Below, in pieces: positions 1 to 8,486 of a stretch of DNA of 64,000 nucleotides (position 1 is its first letter; every line of letters starts with the position of its first letter). A program made the position numbers and the translations under genes. This DNA comes from an uncultured virus (IMG/VR IMGVR_UViG_3300032677_000014) (Duplodnaviria > Heunggongvirae > Uroviricota > Caudoviricetes): IMG/VR virus record IMGVR_UViG_3300032677_000014; one strand, written 5' to 3'. The notes under the pieces are model-generated. The model worked only from the letters and a program-made list of their open reading frames with translations, made no database searches and was not told where the DNA came from.

Positions 1-122
1 CTTATTCCCTATCTCAATAGGGAACGGTCATTTGTAACAACGCATTAGCCCACGAGCGAGATTCCCTCAATCGGCTCTGCGTATACGCAGAGTAACACAT
101 AGTTTTTCGGCTGTCAAGTGTT

Positions 123-439
123 TAACATTTCGACCGAGTTGTCGCTTTGTTATTCAATGTTATTTATAATGTTATTGGTAAGTCCTTGATTTATAAAGAA
201 TGTTAAAATGTTAAAATGTTATTGGGATTACTTTGGCATTTTTTAATTTTTGCAGAGACGAAGACCCCCCTCGCATAGTGCAGGGAAATTTGCTGGCGGT
301 GTGATTTTGAACTTTATATAACATTATAACATTACATATAAAAATCCCTACAGCCCAATAAATACAAGGCTTAGACAATGTTATTACGAAAATAACATTC
401 AATAACATTTAATATCATTCCCACAAATAGCATAACATT
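123..439. repeat. AT-rich region with ~12 AATGTTA/TAACATT heptamers in both orientations; candidate replication origin
   Basis: AATGTTA at 156,168,199,207,215,377; TAACATT at 123,319,327,393,403,433; IHF-like site (reverse complement AATCAAGGACTTA) at ~179-191. Confidence 0.55.
124..151. promoter_or_regulatory. 28-bp spaced palindrome, copy 1 (AACA-N3-CGAC-N6-GTCG-N3-WGTT)
   Basis: AACA TTT CGAC CGAGTT GTCG CTT TGTT. Confidence 0.8.
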
Positions 440-462
440 TCCCACAAAAACCTAACATAAAC

Positions 463-491
463 TTGACTTTGTCAAGAAAGTGTGGTATACT
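463..491 (+). promoter_or_regulatory. sigma70-type promoter for the early operon
   Basis: TTGACT-17bp-TATACT with TG in the extended -10 position. Confidence 0.75.
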
Positions 492-547
492 ATACGAAGT
501 ATAGTAATTCAAAATTTAGCAGCAAAAGGTGTTAGAAGGTAGTAGTA

Positions 548-575
548 AACATTTCGACAATTCCGTCGGTTTGTT
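548..575. promoter_or_regulatory. 28-bp spaced palindrome, copy 2
   Basis: AACA TTT CGAC AATTCC GTCG GTT TGTT, just upstream of the AGGAG RBS of ORF 589. Confidence 0.8.
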
Positions 576-588
576 ATTTTTATAGGAG

Positions 589-843
589 ATGTGTATGTCG
601 CAACACGCTATATTCACGCACTATATGTGTGTGAGGTGTAATTTCCCACGCATTACTCAGGGTCGCTATGACCATCAAACCAAACACGGCTTAAAGCACA
701 CATGTCCCGCTTGCGGTGACATCGAAGCTACTCATCAGCTAAAGATGAAGCAAAGCCGAGTTATTCCCATCAACAAGTCAACTCCGACATATATCCACAG
801 TTGGGAACTTTTATCTCAACTCAACCCAAAGAGGACAACATGA
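589..843 (+). CDS. small Zn-ribbon hypothetical protein
   Basis: CVRC...CPAC; AGGAG RBS. Confidence 0.65.
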   Translation: MCMSQHAIFTHYMCVRCNFPRITQGRYDHQTKHGLKHTCPACGDIEATHQLKMKQSRVIPINKSTPTYIHSWELLSQLNPKRTT

Positions 844-1052
844 CTCTACACATTACACGAGCAGACCGCAAACGCAAAAGCCTGATCGCTGAAGCAGAAG
901 CTCAGTCTATACAGCAACTCATTAAGACAACGCCGACTATCGAGGAAAAGCGGGAATTAGTGGTAAAACACAACCCATACTTTTATATCTTCGGTTTGCA
1001 CTTGGACTGGCGTAACCCCTACGAAGAAAGCGAGGACGACTGTGGCAAATGA
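840..1052 (+). CDS. hypothetical protein
   Basis: ATG at 840 after GAGG RBS, ATGA overlap with the previous ORF. Confidence 0.55.
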   Translation: MTLHITRADRKRKSLIAEAEAQSIQQLIKTTPTIEEKRELVVKHNPYFYIFGLHLDWRNPYEESEDDCGK

Positions 1053-1233
1053 CGGCTATCTGACTATGAAGCGGATCATGGACGAGAAGCTAGAGAAGTG
1101 GAAGCGTGAACACTATGTCCACAACTGGACAGGGTTTGAGCAACTTCATGCTTTCGGGGCATACAAAGATGGGTTCATTGAAGGGTTCTGTGCAAGGTTC
1201 TTCGAGGAACAAAACGACAAAGGAGTCGAATAG
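1042..1233 (+). CDS. hypothetical protein
   Basis: ORF with GAGG RBS, tiles the operon. Confidence 0.55.
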   Translation: MANDGYLTMKRIMDEKLEKWKREHYVHNWTGFEQLHAFGAYKDGFIEGFCARFFEEQNDKGVE

Positions 1234-1235
1234 TT
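1208..1235. promoter_or_regulatory. 28-bp spaced palindrome, copy 3
   Basis: AACA AAA CGAC AAAGGA GTCG AAT AGTT; the spacer contains the RBS of the next ORF. Confidence 0.7.
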
Positions 1236-1367
1236 ATGAAAGACTTTTTAGTAGGTATCAATAGCTGGATTTTAGGCGGATTGTTTGCAGGCTTGGTTGC
1301 AGTAGGTCTGTATGCAGTATGTAGTTTTGTTAGTGATTTATTTAACCTTTGGGAAGGAGATGAGTAG
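1236..1367 (+). CDS. small membrane peptide (43 aa, not in ORF track)
   Basis: MKDFLVGINSWILGGLFAGLVAVGLYAVCSFV...; AAGGAG RBS. Confidence 0.5.
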   Translation: MKDFLVGINSWILGGLFAGLVAVGLYAVCSFVSDLFNLWEGDE

Positions 1368-1588
1368 TGGGATATATGAAGAAAATGTGGGCGGAAATGT
1401 TGCTTGAACCACCTGAGCAACCACCAATGGTCGAGGTTATCTATTCTCAAGCAATAGATGAGGCGATCGACTGTCTGGAGACCACTCAATTAAAAGGTGT
1501 TTACACCGACCACAGACTTGCTCTCGCTTGGCAAGCCCTGCGGATTCTTAAAAAAGCGAAGGAGAAAGCAAATGAATTATCCGAGTAA
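1367..1588 (+). CDS. hypothetical protein
   Basis: ORF with AGGAG RBS. Confidence 0.55.
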   Translation: MGYMKKMWAEMLLEPPEQPPMVEVIYSQAIDEAIDCLETTQLKGVYTDHRLALAWQALRILKKAKEKANELSE

Positions 1589-1793
1589 AGAGTTAGTTAA
1601 AAACATCAGTCCTGTGCCTCGCACACTTAGCCAAGCTAATCGTGACGCTGAGTATGCCTGTGCGGTTATTAGTTTTAATACTGATACCAAGCTGGCATGG
1701 GCATTTTTCGTAGATGCGGTGATTGGGTTCGTCGTGACTGCCTGTGTCATATCACCATTCGCAATCGGCTTTTGGTTGTGGATAAACAAATAA
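1572..1793 (+). CDS. small membrane protein, paralog of 12783..13007
   Basis: RTLSQANRDAEYA motif plus C-terminal TM helix; AAGGAG RBS. Confidence 0.6.
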   Translation: MNYPSKELVKNISPVPRTLSQANRDAEYACAVISFNTDTKLAWAFFVDAVIGFVVTACVISPFAIGFWLWINK

Positions 1794-1803
1794 GGAGAAG
1801 CAA

Positions 1804-2739
1804 ATGTATAAACATAGCGGATACAACAGTGCTCGCATTCCGTCGTTCAATGATTACAACGAAGCGAAAGCTCATTACGAAGCGGTAATACCTATTCGTG
1901 GTCGTCAGCCTGAGATAAGACCATTGGGCAAAAACCGTCGTTTCACATGGTATGAGATTGTCAAGAATAGGATAGCCATTGATGGCGGCGTGGACAACCC
2001 ACTTGGCACATTTGCAGATAGCTATGCCTGTCGTTTGTATAACACTAACTGTGTGGAGTTTTTTCCTGATGGGAAAATTGCGATTCGTGTCAATGGGTGG
2101 AAAAACCCAACTACTATGGGCTTTCTAACTTTCAGTCTAGCTCAGTTCGGATCGGTCATTTCTGCCTCGGGCAAATGGTATTTCCAAAACAAAAAAGGTT
2201 TGGATTATGCGTTGCCGACTAGCAAAAATGACGCATTGATTATCGAGCAAAACGAAGATGGATATTTTTATCCAGCAATGGATAGGGTCGTGCCCGAGTA
2301 TAAGCACATCATAAAACGCAAAGAGCTTGGTCGCATCAAACGCTGTTATACACAGTTTATAGATTACGCAAGAACCATGTTTGGCATAGACGACGCAGTC
2401 GAGACCATCAATTACAAAGACATTGGGTTTGGGTCAATGCGGTTGATGGGCAATGGTCATTGGAGTTCGGACGCAGCAGAAAATCGTAGTCATCTGTTGC
2501 AGAAAATAATGCAGGCACAGACTAACAACGACTTAGACCTCATGTTTAAGTTAGCTTGCTATTGTGGCTATGCGTTCGGTAATTATTCATACATGGGCAA
2601 GCAAAGGTGTAGTTCTAAGCAGTTCGAAGAAGGCTTTGCAAATGTATTGAAGTTTGAACACAAAGATTTAGTGTTCGAGAAGGTGGAGCAACCAGTTGGC
2701 AAAGCGTTCATTGATCGCAATGCTAAGTTTGTGCAGTAA
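1804..2739 (+). CDS. hypothetical early protein (311 aa)
   Basis: long ORF, AAGGAG RBS. Confidence 0.8.
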   Translation: MYKHSGYNSARIPSFNDYNEAKAHYEAVIPIRGRQPEIRPLGKNRRFTWYEIVKNRIAIDGGVDNPLGTFADSYACRLYNTNCVEFFPDGKIAIRVNGWKNPTTMGFLTFSLAQFGSVISASGKWYFQNKKGLDYALPTSKNDALIIEQNEDGYFYPAMDRVVPEYKHIIKRKELGRIKRCYTQFIDYARTMFGIDDAVETINYKDIGFGSMRLMGNGHWSSDAAENRSHLLQKIMQAQTNNDLDLMFKLACYCGYAFGNYSYMGKQRCSSKQFEEGFANVLKFEHKDLVFEKVEQPVGKAFIDRNAKFVQ

Positions 2740-2767
2740 AACAATTCGACAATCCTGTCGGAATGTT
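2740..2767. promoter_or_regulatory. 28-bp spaced palindrome, copy 4
   Basis: AACA ATT CGAC AATCCT GTCG GAA TGTT, intergenic. Confidence 0.8.
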
Positions 2768-2791
2768 AATTTTAATTAAGAGGAAAACGAA

Positions 2792-3886
2792 ATGTCTGAA
2801 ATATTATTAAACCGTGTTGTGACTTTGAAAGAAGCAGAAGAAACTATCCTAGCTTGTGGTTCTCAAGCAACCTTTCACCTTATGGGTGAGCCAGGTGTAG
2901 GCAAAACGAGTATGTTTAAGCACCTAGTGGAACGCACAGGGTTCAAAGGTATCTACATTGATGTGCCTAATGTAGAGCTAGGCGAACTAGGTATTCCTAT
3001 TCCTAATCACGAAACCAAAACCACAACGCTTTACCCTAATTCTCAATGGGGTTTTCACACAGGTGAGCCATTGGTTATCTTTGCCGACGAGTTTACAAAA
3101 GGACATCAGTCTGTAAAGAATATGTTGCATCCAATGCTTAACAGCCCACGGCAGATTATGGGTATCCCATTACACAAGGATACGATAGTCGTTACGGCAG
3201 GTAATTACACTACCGACGGAGTAGGCGACAACATGATGGCTCACTCTCGCAATCGCATTAGTGTTATGAATGTGAAGAAGCCTCATGCTGGATTTAACAT
3301 TGATGGTTCGATTGACCCTGACTCTTGGGGTGAGTGGGCGATTCACAACGAGATAGCCCCTGAGGTTCTTGCGTGGGTAAAAGAAACACCGCAAGCTCTT
3401 GCGTCGTATCTTGATGCGGGTCAAGCGGGCAATAAGTATATCTTTAACCCTAAGGAAGTTCAGAAGTCGTTTGTCTCTCCTCGTTCTTTAGAAAGAGCTA
3501 GCAACATTATTAAGAAGCGGGCATTGACTACGGAGAACGCAGTCATCTGTGCATTGGAAGGCACGATTGGTGCACCAGCAGCACGAGATTTGATGGCTTA
3601 TGTTGCCGTTGCCGACAGTTTACCAACATGGGAAGAGATTTGCAAAGACCCTGAGAAAGCAGTAGTTCCTAATAGTCCTGCGGCTTTGTGCTTGCTTGCG
3701 TTTAGTGCTGTGCAAAAGATTGACCGCAACACTATCTCTAAGTTCTTTACTTATCTCAAACGCACACCAAAAGAATTGCAGTCGGTGTTCTGCTTGACAG
3801 GTATGAAAGACGACGAGAAGAAGAAGTTGTTTTTCACAAGCCAAGCCTTTGTGGATTGGATGTCCGCTAATCAGTATTTATTCTAA
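2792..3886 (+). CDS. MoxR-like AAA+ ATPase
   Basis: Walker A GEPGVGKT, Walker B IFADE, TAGN sensor, SPRS. Confidence 0.85.
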   Translation: MSEILLNRVVTLKEAEETILACGSQATFHLMGEPGVGKTSMFKHLVERTGFKGIYIDVPNVELGELGIPIPNHETKTTTLYPNSQWGFHTGEPLVIFADEFTKGHQSVKNMLHPMLNSPRQIMGIPLHKDTIVVTAGNYTTDGVGDNMMAHSRNRISVMNVKKPHAGFNIDGSIDPDSWGEWAIHNEIAPEVLAWVKETPQALASYLDAGQAGNKYIFNPKEVQKSFVSPRSLERASNIIKKRALTTENAVICALEGTIGAPAARDLMAYVAVADSLPTWEEICKDPEKAVVPNSPAALCLLAFSAVQKIDRNTISKFFTYLKRTPKELQSVFCLTGMKDDEKKKLFFTSQAFVDWMSANQYLF

Positions 3887-3895
3887 GGAGTATGT

Positions 3896-4015
3896 ATGTT
3901 AATTGTTTATGTATTAGTCGCATTCCTTTTTAAGGAAGCAGATGTATCTGCGGGTTGGTGGGTAGCCTTTTGGTCTACTCTTGTTATTGATTTTATTAGG
4001 AGTGTAACGAAATGA
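3896..4015 (+). CDS. small hydrophobic peptide (39 aa)
   Basis: AAGGAG RBS; MLIVYVLVAFLF...; ATGA overlap with the next gene. Confidence 0.45.
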   Translation: MLIVYVLVAFLFKEADVSAGWWVAFWSTLVIDFIRSVTK

Positions 4016-4299
4016 GTGCAAATGAACGCAAGGCTATGATTAAAAAAGCCACGCAAATAAAAAGCAAGATAAGTGATTTGCTATGCGAAGCCGACATAGA
4101 AGTGGGTTTAGCTTTGACTGTGCTAGTCGCTATGGCAGTGCAGTGTGCTTTAGATCAAGCACAGATGGAACCGCAGGACTTCATACATAGTGTGGTCGGT
4201 GGTGTCTGCAAAGCAATCGAAGCTAAGCAAATGGAAGATATGGAAGACGACGAGGAAGGAGAAGAAAATGTCAAAACTTACGGCAGAACAACGCATTGA
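4012..4299 (+). CDS. hypothetical protein
   Basis: ORF with AGGAG RBS. Confidence 0.6.
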   Translation: MSANERKAMIKKATQIKSKISDLLCEADIEVGLALTVLVAMAVQCALDQAQMEPQDFIHSVVGGVCKAIEAKQMEDMEDDEEGEENVKTYGRTTH

Positions 4300-5551
4300 A
4301 CGCACGCATGTGCAACTTATGAAGCACAAGAACTTTGCATTGTTCTCAGGCTTATTCATGATTGGCAAGGTCGAAGTCAAAGACGACACCTCAAGTGGCA
4401 CAGCCCAAACCAACGGGCTTGATGTCATCTATGACAGGGCATTCGTCGATAGACTCAACGACAAGCAACTCGCCTTTCTGATACTGCACGAGAATATGCA
4501 CAAGGCTTATCGTCATCTGATTGTGTGGCAAAAGCTATACAAGGAGAACGCACACCTTGCGAATGTGGCTTGCGACTATGTCATCAACTTGCAGATCAAT
4601 GACTATGACTCGCATGGTCAGTTCACCGAGATGCCGACTGATGAGGAAGGCAACATCATGGGTTGCATTGATGAGAAGTATCGTGGCATGGATGCGGCTC
4701 AAGTCTACGCTGATCTAGTGCAGAAGTATGGCAAGGACTACGGCAAGGGCGTAAAGATTCTTGTTGCTGGTAACGGTCATTCTTCTGATGATGGGGGCGA
4801 CGGCGGTGAACAAAACGACGATGGTGTCGAAAAGTTACCGCAAAGCTTTGATGAGCATGATTGGGAAGGGGCACAAGAAGGCACACAGGAAGAGCAAGAT
4901 GCACACGCAAGAGAAATAGAGTCTGCGTTGCGTCAAGGTTCTATTCTCGTGGGCAAGATGGGCGGTAATGTAGAGCGCTCTATCAGCGAAATGCTTGTGC
5001 CTAAGATAGATTGGAAAGAAGCATTGCGTGATTTTGTTAAGTCCGTCACACAAGGAAAGGATAAGACAAGCTGGCGTCGCCTTCACAAAAGGTATATTGC
5101 TTCCGACCTTATTATGCCGAGCAGTTATTCTGAAAATGTGGGTGGCATCATCATTGGCATAGATACATCAGGCTCTATCGGGACTGAGGAATTGACGCAG
5201 TTTCTATCCGAGGTGAAATCCATCTGCGAAGAAGTTAATCCCGAGCAGATTGATATTCTGTATTGGGATACGGCTGTTGCTTCTCGAGAAACATATAACA
5301 ATAGCCAGCTTTCAGGATTGGTCGAATCTACTAAACCAGCAGGCGGTGGCGGCACTAACCCTGTGTGCGTGCCCAAGTATATTGCTAAAAACAATATGAA
5401 AGCCGAGTGCTTGTTGTTCCTGACTGATGGCTACATAGGACAGCAAAGCCCAAGCGACTACGCAAGTTTAGGTAGCATGCCTGTGTTGTGGTGCGTAAAG
5501 GGGAATCGAGGTTTCGATTCTGTTGTTGGTAAAACCGTTCATGTGGAGTAA
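4268..5551 (+). CDS. metallopeptidase + vWA domain protein (DUF2201-like)
   Basis: HENMH zincin motif, N..ACDYVIN, acidic linker, MIDAS DTSGS, GGGT, LTDGY. Confidence 0.85.
   Translation: MSKLTAEQRIERTHVQLMKHKNFALFSGLFMIGKVEVKDDTSSGTAQTNGLDVIYDRAFVDRLNDKQLAFLILHENMHKAYRHLIVWQKLYKENAHLANVACDYVINLQINDYDSHGQFTEMPTDEEGNIMGCIDEKYRGMDAAQVYADLVQKYGKDYGKGVKILVAGNGHSSDDGGDGGEQNDDGVEKLPQSFDEHDWEGAQEGTQEEQDAHAREIESALRQGSILVGKMGGNVERSISEMLVPKIDWKEALRDFVKSVTQGKDKTSWRRLHKRYIASDLIMPSSYSENVGGIIIGIDTSGSIGTEELTQFLSEVKSICEEVNPEQIDILYWDTAVASRETYNNSQLSGLVESTKPAGGGGTNPVCVPKYIAKNNMKAECLLFLTDGYIGQQSPSDYASLGSMPVLWCVKGNRGFDSVVGKTVHVE
4809..4836. promoter_or_regulatory. 28-bp spaced palindrome, copy 5 (intragenic)
   Basis: AACA AAA CGAC GATGGT GTCG AAA AGTT, in the low-complexity linker of the vWA gene. 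Confidence 0.7.
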
Positions 5552-5554
5552 GAA

Positions 5555-5755
5555 ATGACAAAAGTAAATGTATCAATTAACCCCGAGACTATGGCGGCTT
5601 TGAAAAAGTTGCAGGTGAGCTTATCTGGTGAGCTAGGCTTCCGCCCATCGTATTCTCAAGTAATACAACACATTTTGAAGTTAAATGAAGTCCCTGTAAA
5701 ACAAACCGACAATGGTGTCGAAATGTTAACCAACGAAGGAGATGGAAATGAGTAA
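5555..5755 (+). CDS. small putative DNA-binding protein (ribbon-helix-helix-like)
   Basis: KVNVSINPETMAALKKL...PSYSQVIQHIL pattern (beta-strand plus two helices). Confidence 0.5.
   Translation: MTKVNVSINPETMAALKKLQVSLSGELGFRPSYSQVIQHILKLNEVPVKQTDNGVEMLTNEGDGNE
5700..5727. promoter_or_regulatory. 28-bp spaced palindrome, copy 6
   Basis: AACA AAC CGAC AATGGT GTCG AAA TGTT. Confidence 0.8.
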
Positions 5756-6635
5756 TGAAATTAGTATTGCTTCATCGGCTATGCTTGTCGAGCTATCTAT
5801 TAGTTCTTGGACTGCACGCAAGCTAGACAAGAAAGTCTCGGCAGAAGTAGATGTAGCTAAGAACACCAAAGTCTCAGCCGTCAATGTCAATAAGAATTTG
5901 ATGGCAGGCACAGGTGTGCTGGATAAGATCATCAAGTATGCGGCTGGTGCTCGTGCATGGCATCTTTCGCAGACGCTTCCGTGGTCTGACAATGGCTCTC
6001 GTCTTTTGCCTATGAGCAACTTCATGAATTACAAAGAGCAACTCAATGTAATGGAAGATAACTACAACGCATTAGTCGACAAGTTCATCGACTCTTATCC
6101 TGACTTGGTATCGGCGGCGGCTTTCCAACTTGGTGACCTGTTCGACAGAAACGAATATCCTGATGCGGGTTCATTGCGGGGTAGATTTAAGTTTAACTAT
6201 TCCTTCTTCCCTGTCCCCAACGCAGGGGATTTCCGTATCGACATCAACGAGGAAGCCAAAGCCGACATCATTGCGAACTGCAATAAGGCACACCAAGATC
6301 GCCTCAACAACGCAATGCGTGATGCGTGGGAAAGGCTTAAGGATTGCCTGACCCGCATGAGTGACCGACTGAGTGTTGACTATGTGAAAGACGAGAATGG
6401 TCAGATGGTTGAGGAGTTTCGTGTCTTTCGAGATACGCTAGTCGACAACGCAGTAGAGTTAGTAGATATGTTAAAGCACCTCAACATAACTAAAGACCCT
6501 GCGATGGAGAAGGCTCGTCAGGACTTGAAGCTAGCTCTAAGCAAGCACGATGCTGAAGAACTGCGTAGTTCCTTAGTAGCAAGACAATCTGTTAAATCTC
6601 AGGTTGATGCAATTTTATCGAAGTTTAACTTTTAG
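5742..6635 (+). CDS. DUF3150-like phage protein (start may be 5748)
   Basis: AMLVELSISSWTARKLD...TLPWSDNGSRLLP, typical neighbour of phage MoxR/vWA genes. Confidence 0.65.
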   Translation: MEMSNEISIASSAMLVELSISSWTARKLDKKVSAEVDVAKNTKVSAVNVNKNLMAGTGVLDKIIKYAAGARAWHLSQTLPWSDNGSRLLPMSNFMNYKEQLNVMEDNYNALVDKFIDSYPDLVSAAAFQLGDLFDRNEYPDAGSLRGRFKFNYSFFPVPNAGDFRIDINEEAKADIIANCNKAHQDRLNNAMRDAWERLKDCLTRMSDRLSVDYVKDENGQMVEEFRVFRDTLVDNAVELVDMLKHLNITKDPAMEKARQDLKLALSKHDAEELRSSLVARQSVKSQVDAILSKFNF

Positions 6636-6640
6636 GAGTA

Positions 6641-7537
6641 ATGATGCTAACAAAGATTGATACCACCGCACTAGATGCGAAGAAGAAGGGCTTGCCTTTT
6701 GCTGAAGACCTAGAACAGTTTGTAGATGATGTAGCCCTTGTCAAGCCAAAGTGTAGGTTTGTGCTAGACAACGACTGCGTAAGAAGTATTTACAAACTAA
6801 ACGAAACCACTAAACAATACGACCACTATGATGCGTATCACAAAGTTAAGGTGTATGAAGGTGGCGAGGAGTTGGGTTCTGTCGGCACATCCGAAGAGTA
6901 TCGGTGTGGTAAGAAAGAGCTAGTGTATGGGGTCGAGTCCTTTCGCATAAATAAATTGCGAGGTGGCAACATGACTACTTCTATACACAAGAAGGTTGCG
7001 TTGCGTCATGCTAAGAAAGGCTTAGTAGCCAGAGCTAAGGACGAACTAGCCAATCAGATACGCAACATGGTATCGGAAAGGGTTAAGTCTGCCTTAGGTA
7101 GCATTGACAATCAGGTTTCTTGGTCAACGAGACAAAATGAAATAGCTAGAGACTTTGCCTTAGCCTCGTATCACGCACGCATCAACGGCGAAGGAATAGT
7201 TACACTCCAAGCCAATAGCTCTGTATATATCTCTAACATAAAACTTACCGACCAAGTATGTGAGCAGTATTACGAAGTCAAAGCCGTTAGTGATGAGCTA
7301 GAAGCCAAGCTTGGGTATGGTGTGCAAGCCTACACAGATGGTAGCTATGCAATCCTTGACTTTAAAACTGATGAGGTAATTAAGTATTCGGCTTTTGACC
7401 AAATCCCTAAAGATATGGGCGAGAAGCTGGCTATGTTCAAAGTCATACAACAAGGCGAGTATTACTCTCATCTTGGGGTCAAGCTACTTGACCATGTGTT
7501 TTATATTGTTGACGGAAAAACTAAAGTCAAGCAATAA
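6641..7537 (+). CDS. hypothetical protein (298 aa)
   Basis: long ORF, AGGAG RBS. Confidence 0.8.
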   Translation: MMLTKIDTTALDAKKKGLPFAEDLEQFVDDVALVKPKCRFVLDNDCVRSIYKLNETTKQYDHYDAYHKVKVYEGGEELGSVGTSEEYRCGKKELVYGVESFRINKLRGGNMTTSIHKKVALRHAKKGLVARAKDELANQIRNMVSERVKSALGSIDNQVSWSTRQNEIARDFALASYHARINGEGIVTLQANSSVYISNIKLTDQVCEQYYEVKAVSDELEAKLGYGVQAYTDGSYAILDFKTDEVIKYSAFDQIPKDMGEKLAMFKVIQQGEYYSHLGVKLLDHVFYIVDGKTKVKQ

Positions 7538-7543
7538 TAGAAT

Positions 7544-7661
7544 TGTCACTTCACGTGATATTTGTAATGCTGACTACCTATCTCGCATGATGTAGCGGTC
7601 AGCGTCGGGAAACCGAGCATCTCCTCGAACGCAAATGGGTGCGTAATCTGCTTCTTCCCAT
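7544..7661 (+). ncRNA. candidate structured RNA in the 3' region of the early operon
   Basis: stems ATGCTGAC/GTCAGCGT with inner CTAC/GTAG, TCGG-GAAA-CCGA, ATGGG/CCCAT. Confidence 0.4.
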
Positions 7662-7664
7662 ACT

Positions 7665-7688
7665 AAGCCACCTTCGGGTGGCTTTTTT
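7665..7688 (+). terminator. Rho-independent terminator
   Basis: AAGCCACC-TTCG-GGTGGCTT followed by a T-run. Confidence 0.9.
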
Positions 7689-7696
7689 ATTGTCGT

Positions 7697-7724
7697 AACA
7701 AAACGACATTGATGTCGAAATGTT
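7697..7724. promoter_or_regulatory. 28-bp spaced palindrome, copy 7
   Basis: AACA AAA CGAC ATTGAT GTCG AAA TGTT, between terminator and promoter. Confidence 0.8.
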
Positions 7725-7747
7725 AGGGAAAGTCCCTATAAAATACT

Positions 7748-7776
7748 TTGCAATTTGTTTTCTTTAGGACTATACT
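7748..7776 (+). promoter_or_regulatory. sigma70-type promoter for the middle operon
   Basis: TTGCAA-17bp-TATACT. Confidence 0.7.
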
Positions 7777-7810
7777 GTGTCAATAATTAGCAGTATAAAA
7801 GGAAAACGAA

Positions 7811-8113
7811 ATGACGCCCGAAGCAAAGGTAAAGGCTAAGGTAGTTAAGCTACTTAAAGCCCACGACATATATTACTTCTTTCCAGCCACACATGGCTTT
7901 GGCAGATCAGGTGTGCCTGACATTATCTGCTGTTTTAATTCCCTATTCCTTGCTATTGAATGTAAGGCTACGGCAAAGAACAAGCCGACTGCTTTGCAAG
8001 AAAAAGAGATGCGTAAGATTCGTGAGGCAGGTGGGCATACGTTCGTTATCAACGAGGACAACATCCACGAGCTAGCCCTTTATCTACAAGGAGATGACGA
8101 TGGACGATGCTAA
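7811..8113 (+). CDS. VRR-NUC domain nuclease
   Basis: TPEAKVK...GRSGVPDII...AIECK...TALQ. Confidence 0.85.
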   Translation: MTPEAKVKAKVVKLLKAHDIYYFFPATHGFGRSGVPDIICCFNSLFLAIECKATAKNKPTALQEKEMRKIREAGGHTFVINEDNIHELALYLQGDDDGRC

Positions 8114-8486
8114 TGAGGCGATGACCGTTCTTACAAGAAAACAAAACGATGGGGTCGCCCTGTTGCTTGAACGCATGAAAACACACCCCGAAGAGTTTAC
8201 GCAAGAGCATAAATGGATGGGGGTAATTCGTTCCTACAAAGAATATTTAAACGAAGAAGACTGCAAAAAACTTGAGGCTGGCATAAACGAACTAATGCAA
8301 CAGAAATTTACTGAGATTGTATTGGAAGGACTTGTTAACCCACACGACGACGAAATAAAAATAAGTTCATTTAGTAGCGCACCCATGAAGCGTGAGGGTT
8401 CTTCTATAACATACAATACTGTATCAGGCACAACTATTGGCAAACTTTTCTATCCTACTTCCCTACCAACTGGGGATAGCCCATGA
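8094..8486 (+). CDS. hypothetical protein
   Basis: ORF, AAGGAG RBS. Confidence 0.65.
   Translation: MTMDDANEAMTVLTRKQNDGVALLLERMKTHPEEFTQEHKWMGVIRSYKEYLNEEDCKKLEAGINELMQQKFTEIVLEGLVNPHDDEIKISSFSSAPMKREGSSITYNTVSGTTIGKLFYPTSLPTGDSP

Noticed and set aside
7367..7395. Other CTGATGA occurrences (also ~4638 and ~14297) as hammerheads
   Set aside because: No following stem II plus GAAA and no stems I/III; all lie in coding sequence.
124..7724. CRISPR array interpretation of the 28-bp palindromes (with the Cas4-like gene at 11693)
   Set aside because: Copies are 0.4-2 kb apart, separated by genes and degenerate. The nuclease sits with ERF/SSB as an ordinary recombination exonuclease.
7771..7797. 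TATACTG-N13-CAGTATA as an SOS box
   Set aside because: Spacing is CTG-N13-CAG, not N10; it may be another operator but is unsupported.
8140..8164. Possible eighth copy of the 28-bp palindrome (AACA AAA CGAT GGG GTCG CCC TGTT)
   Set aside because: The central spacer is 3 bp rather than 6 and CGAC is mismatched.
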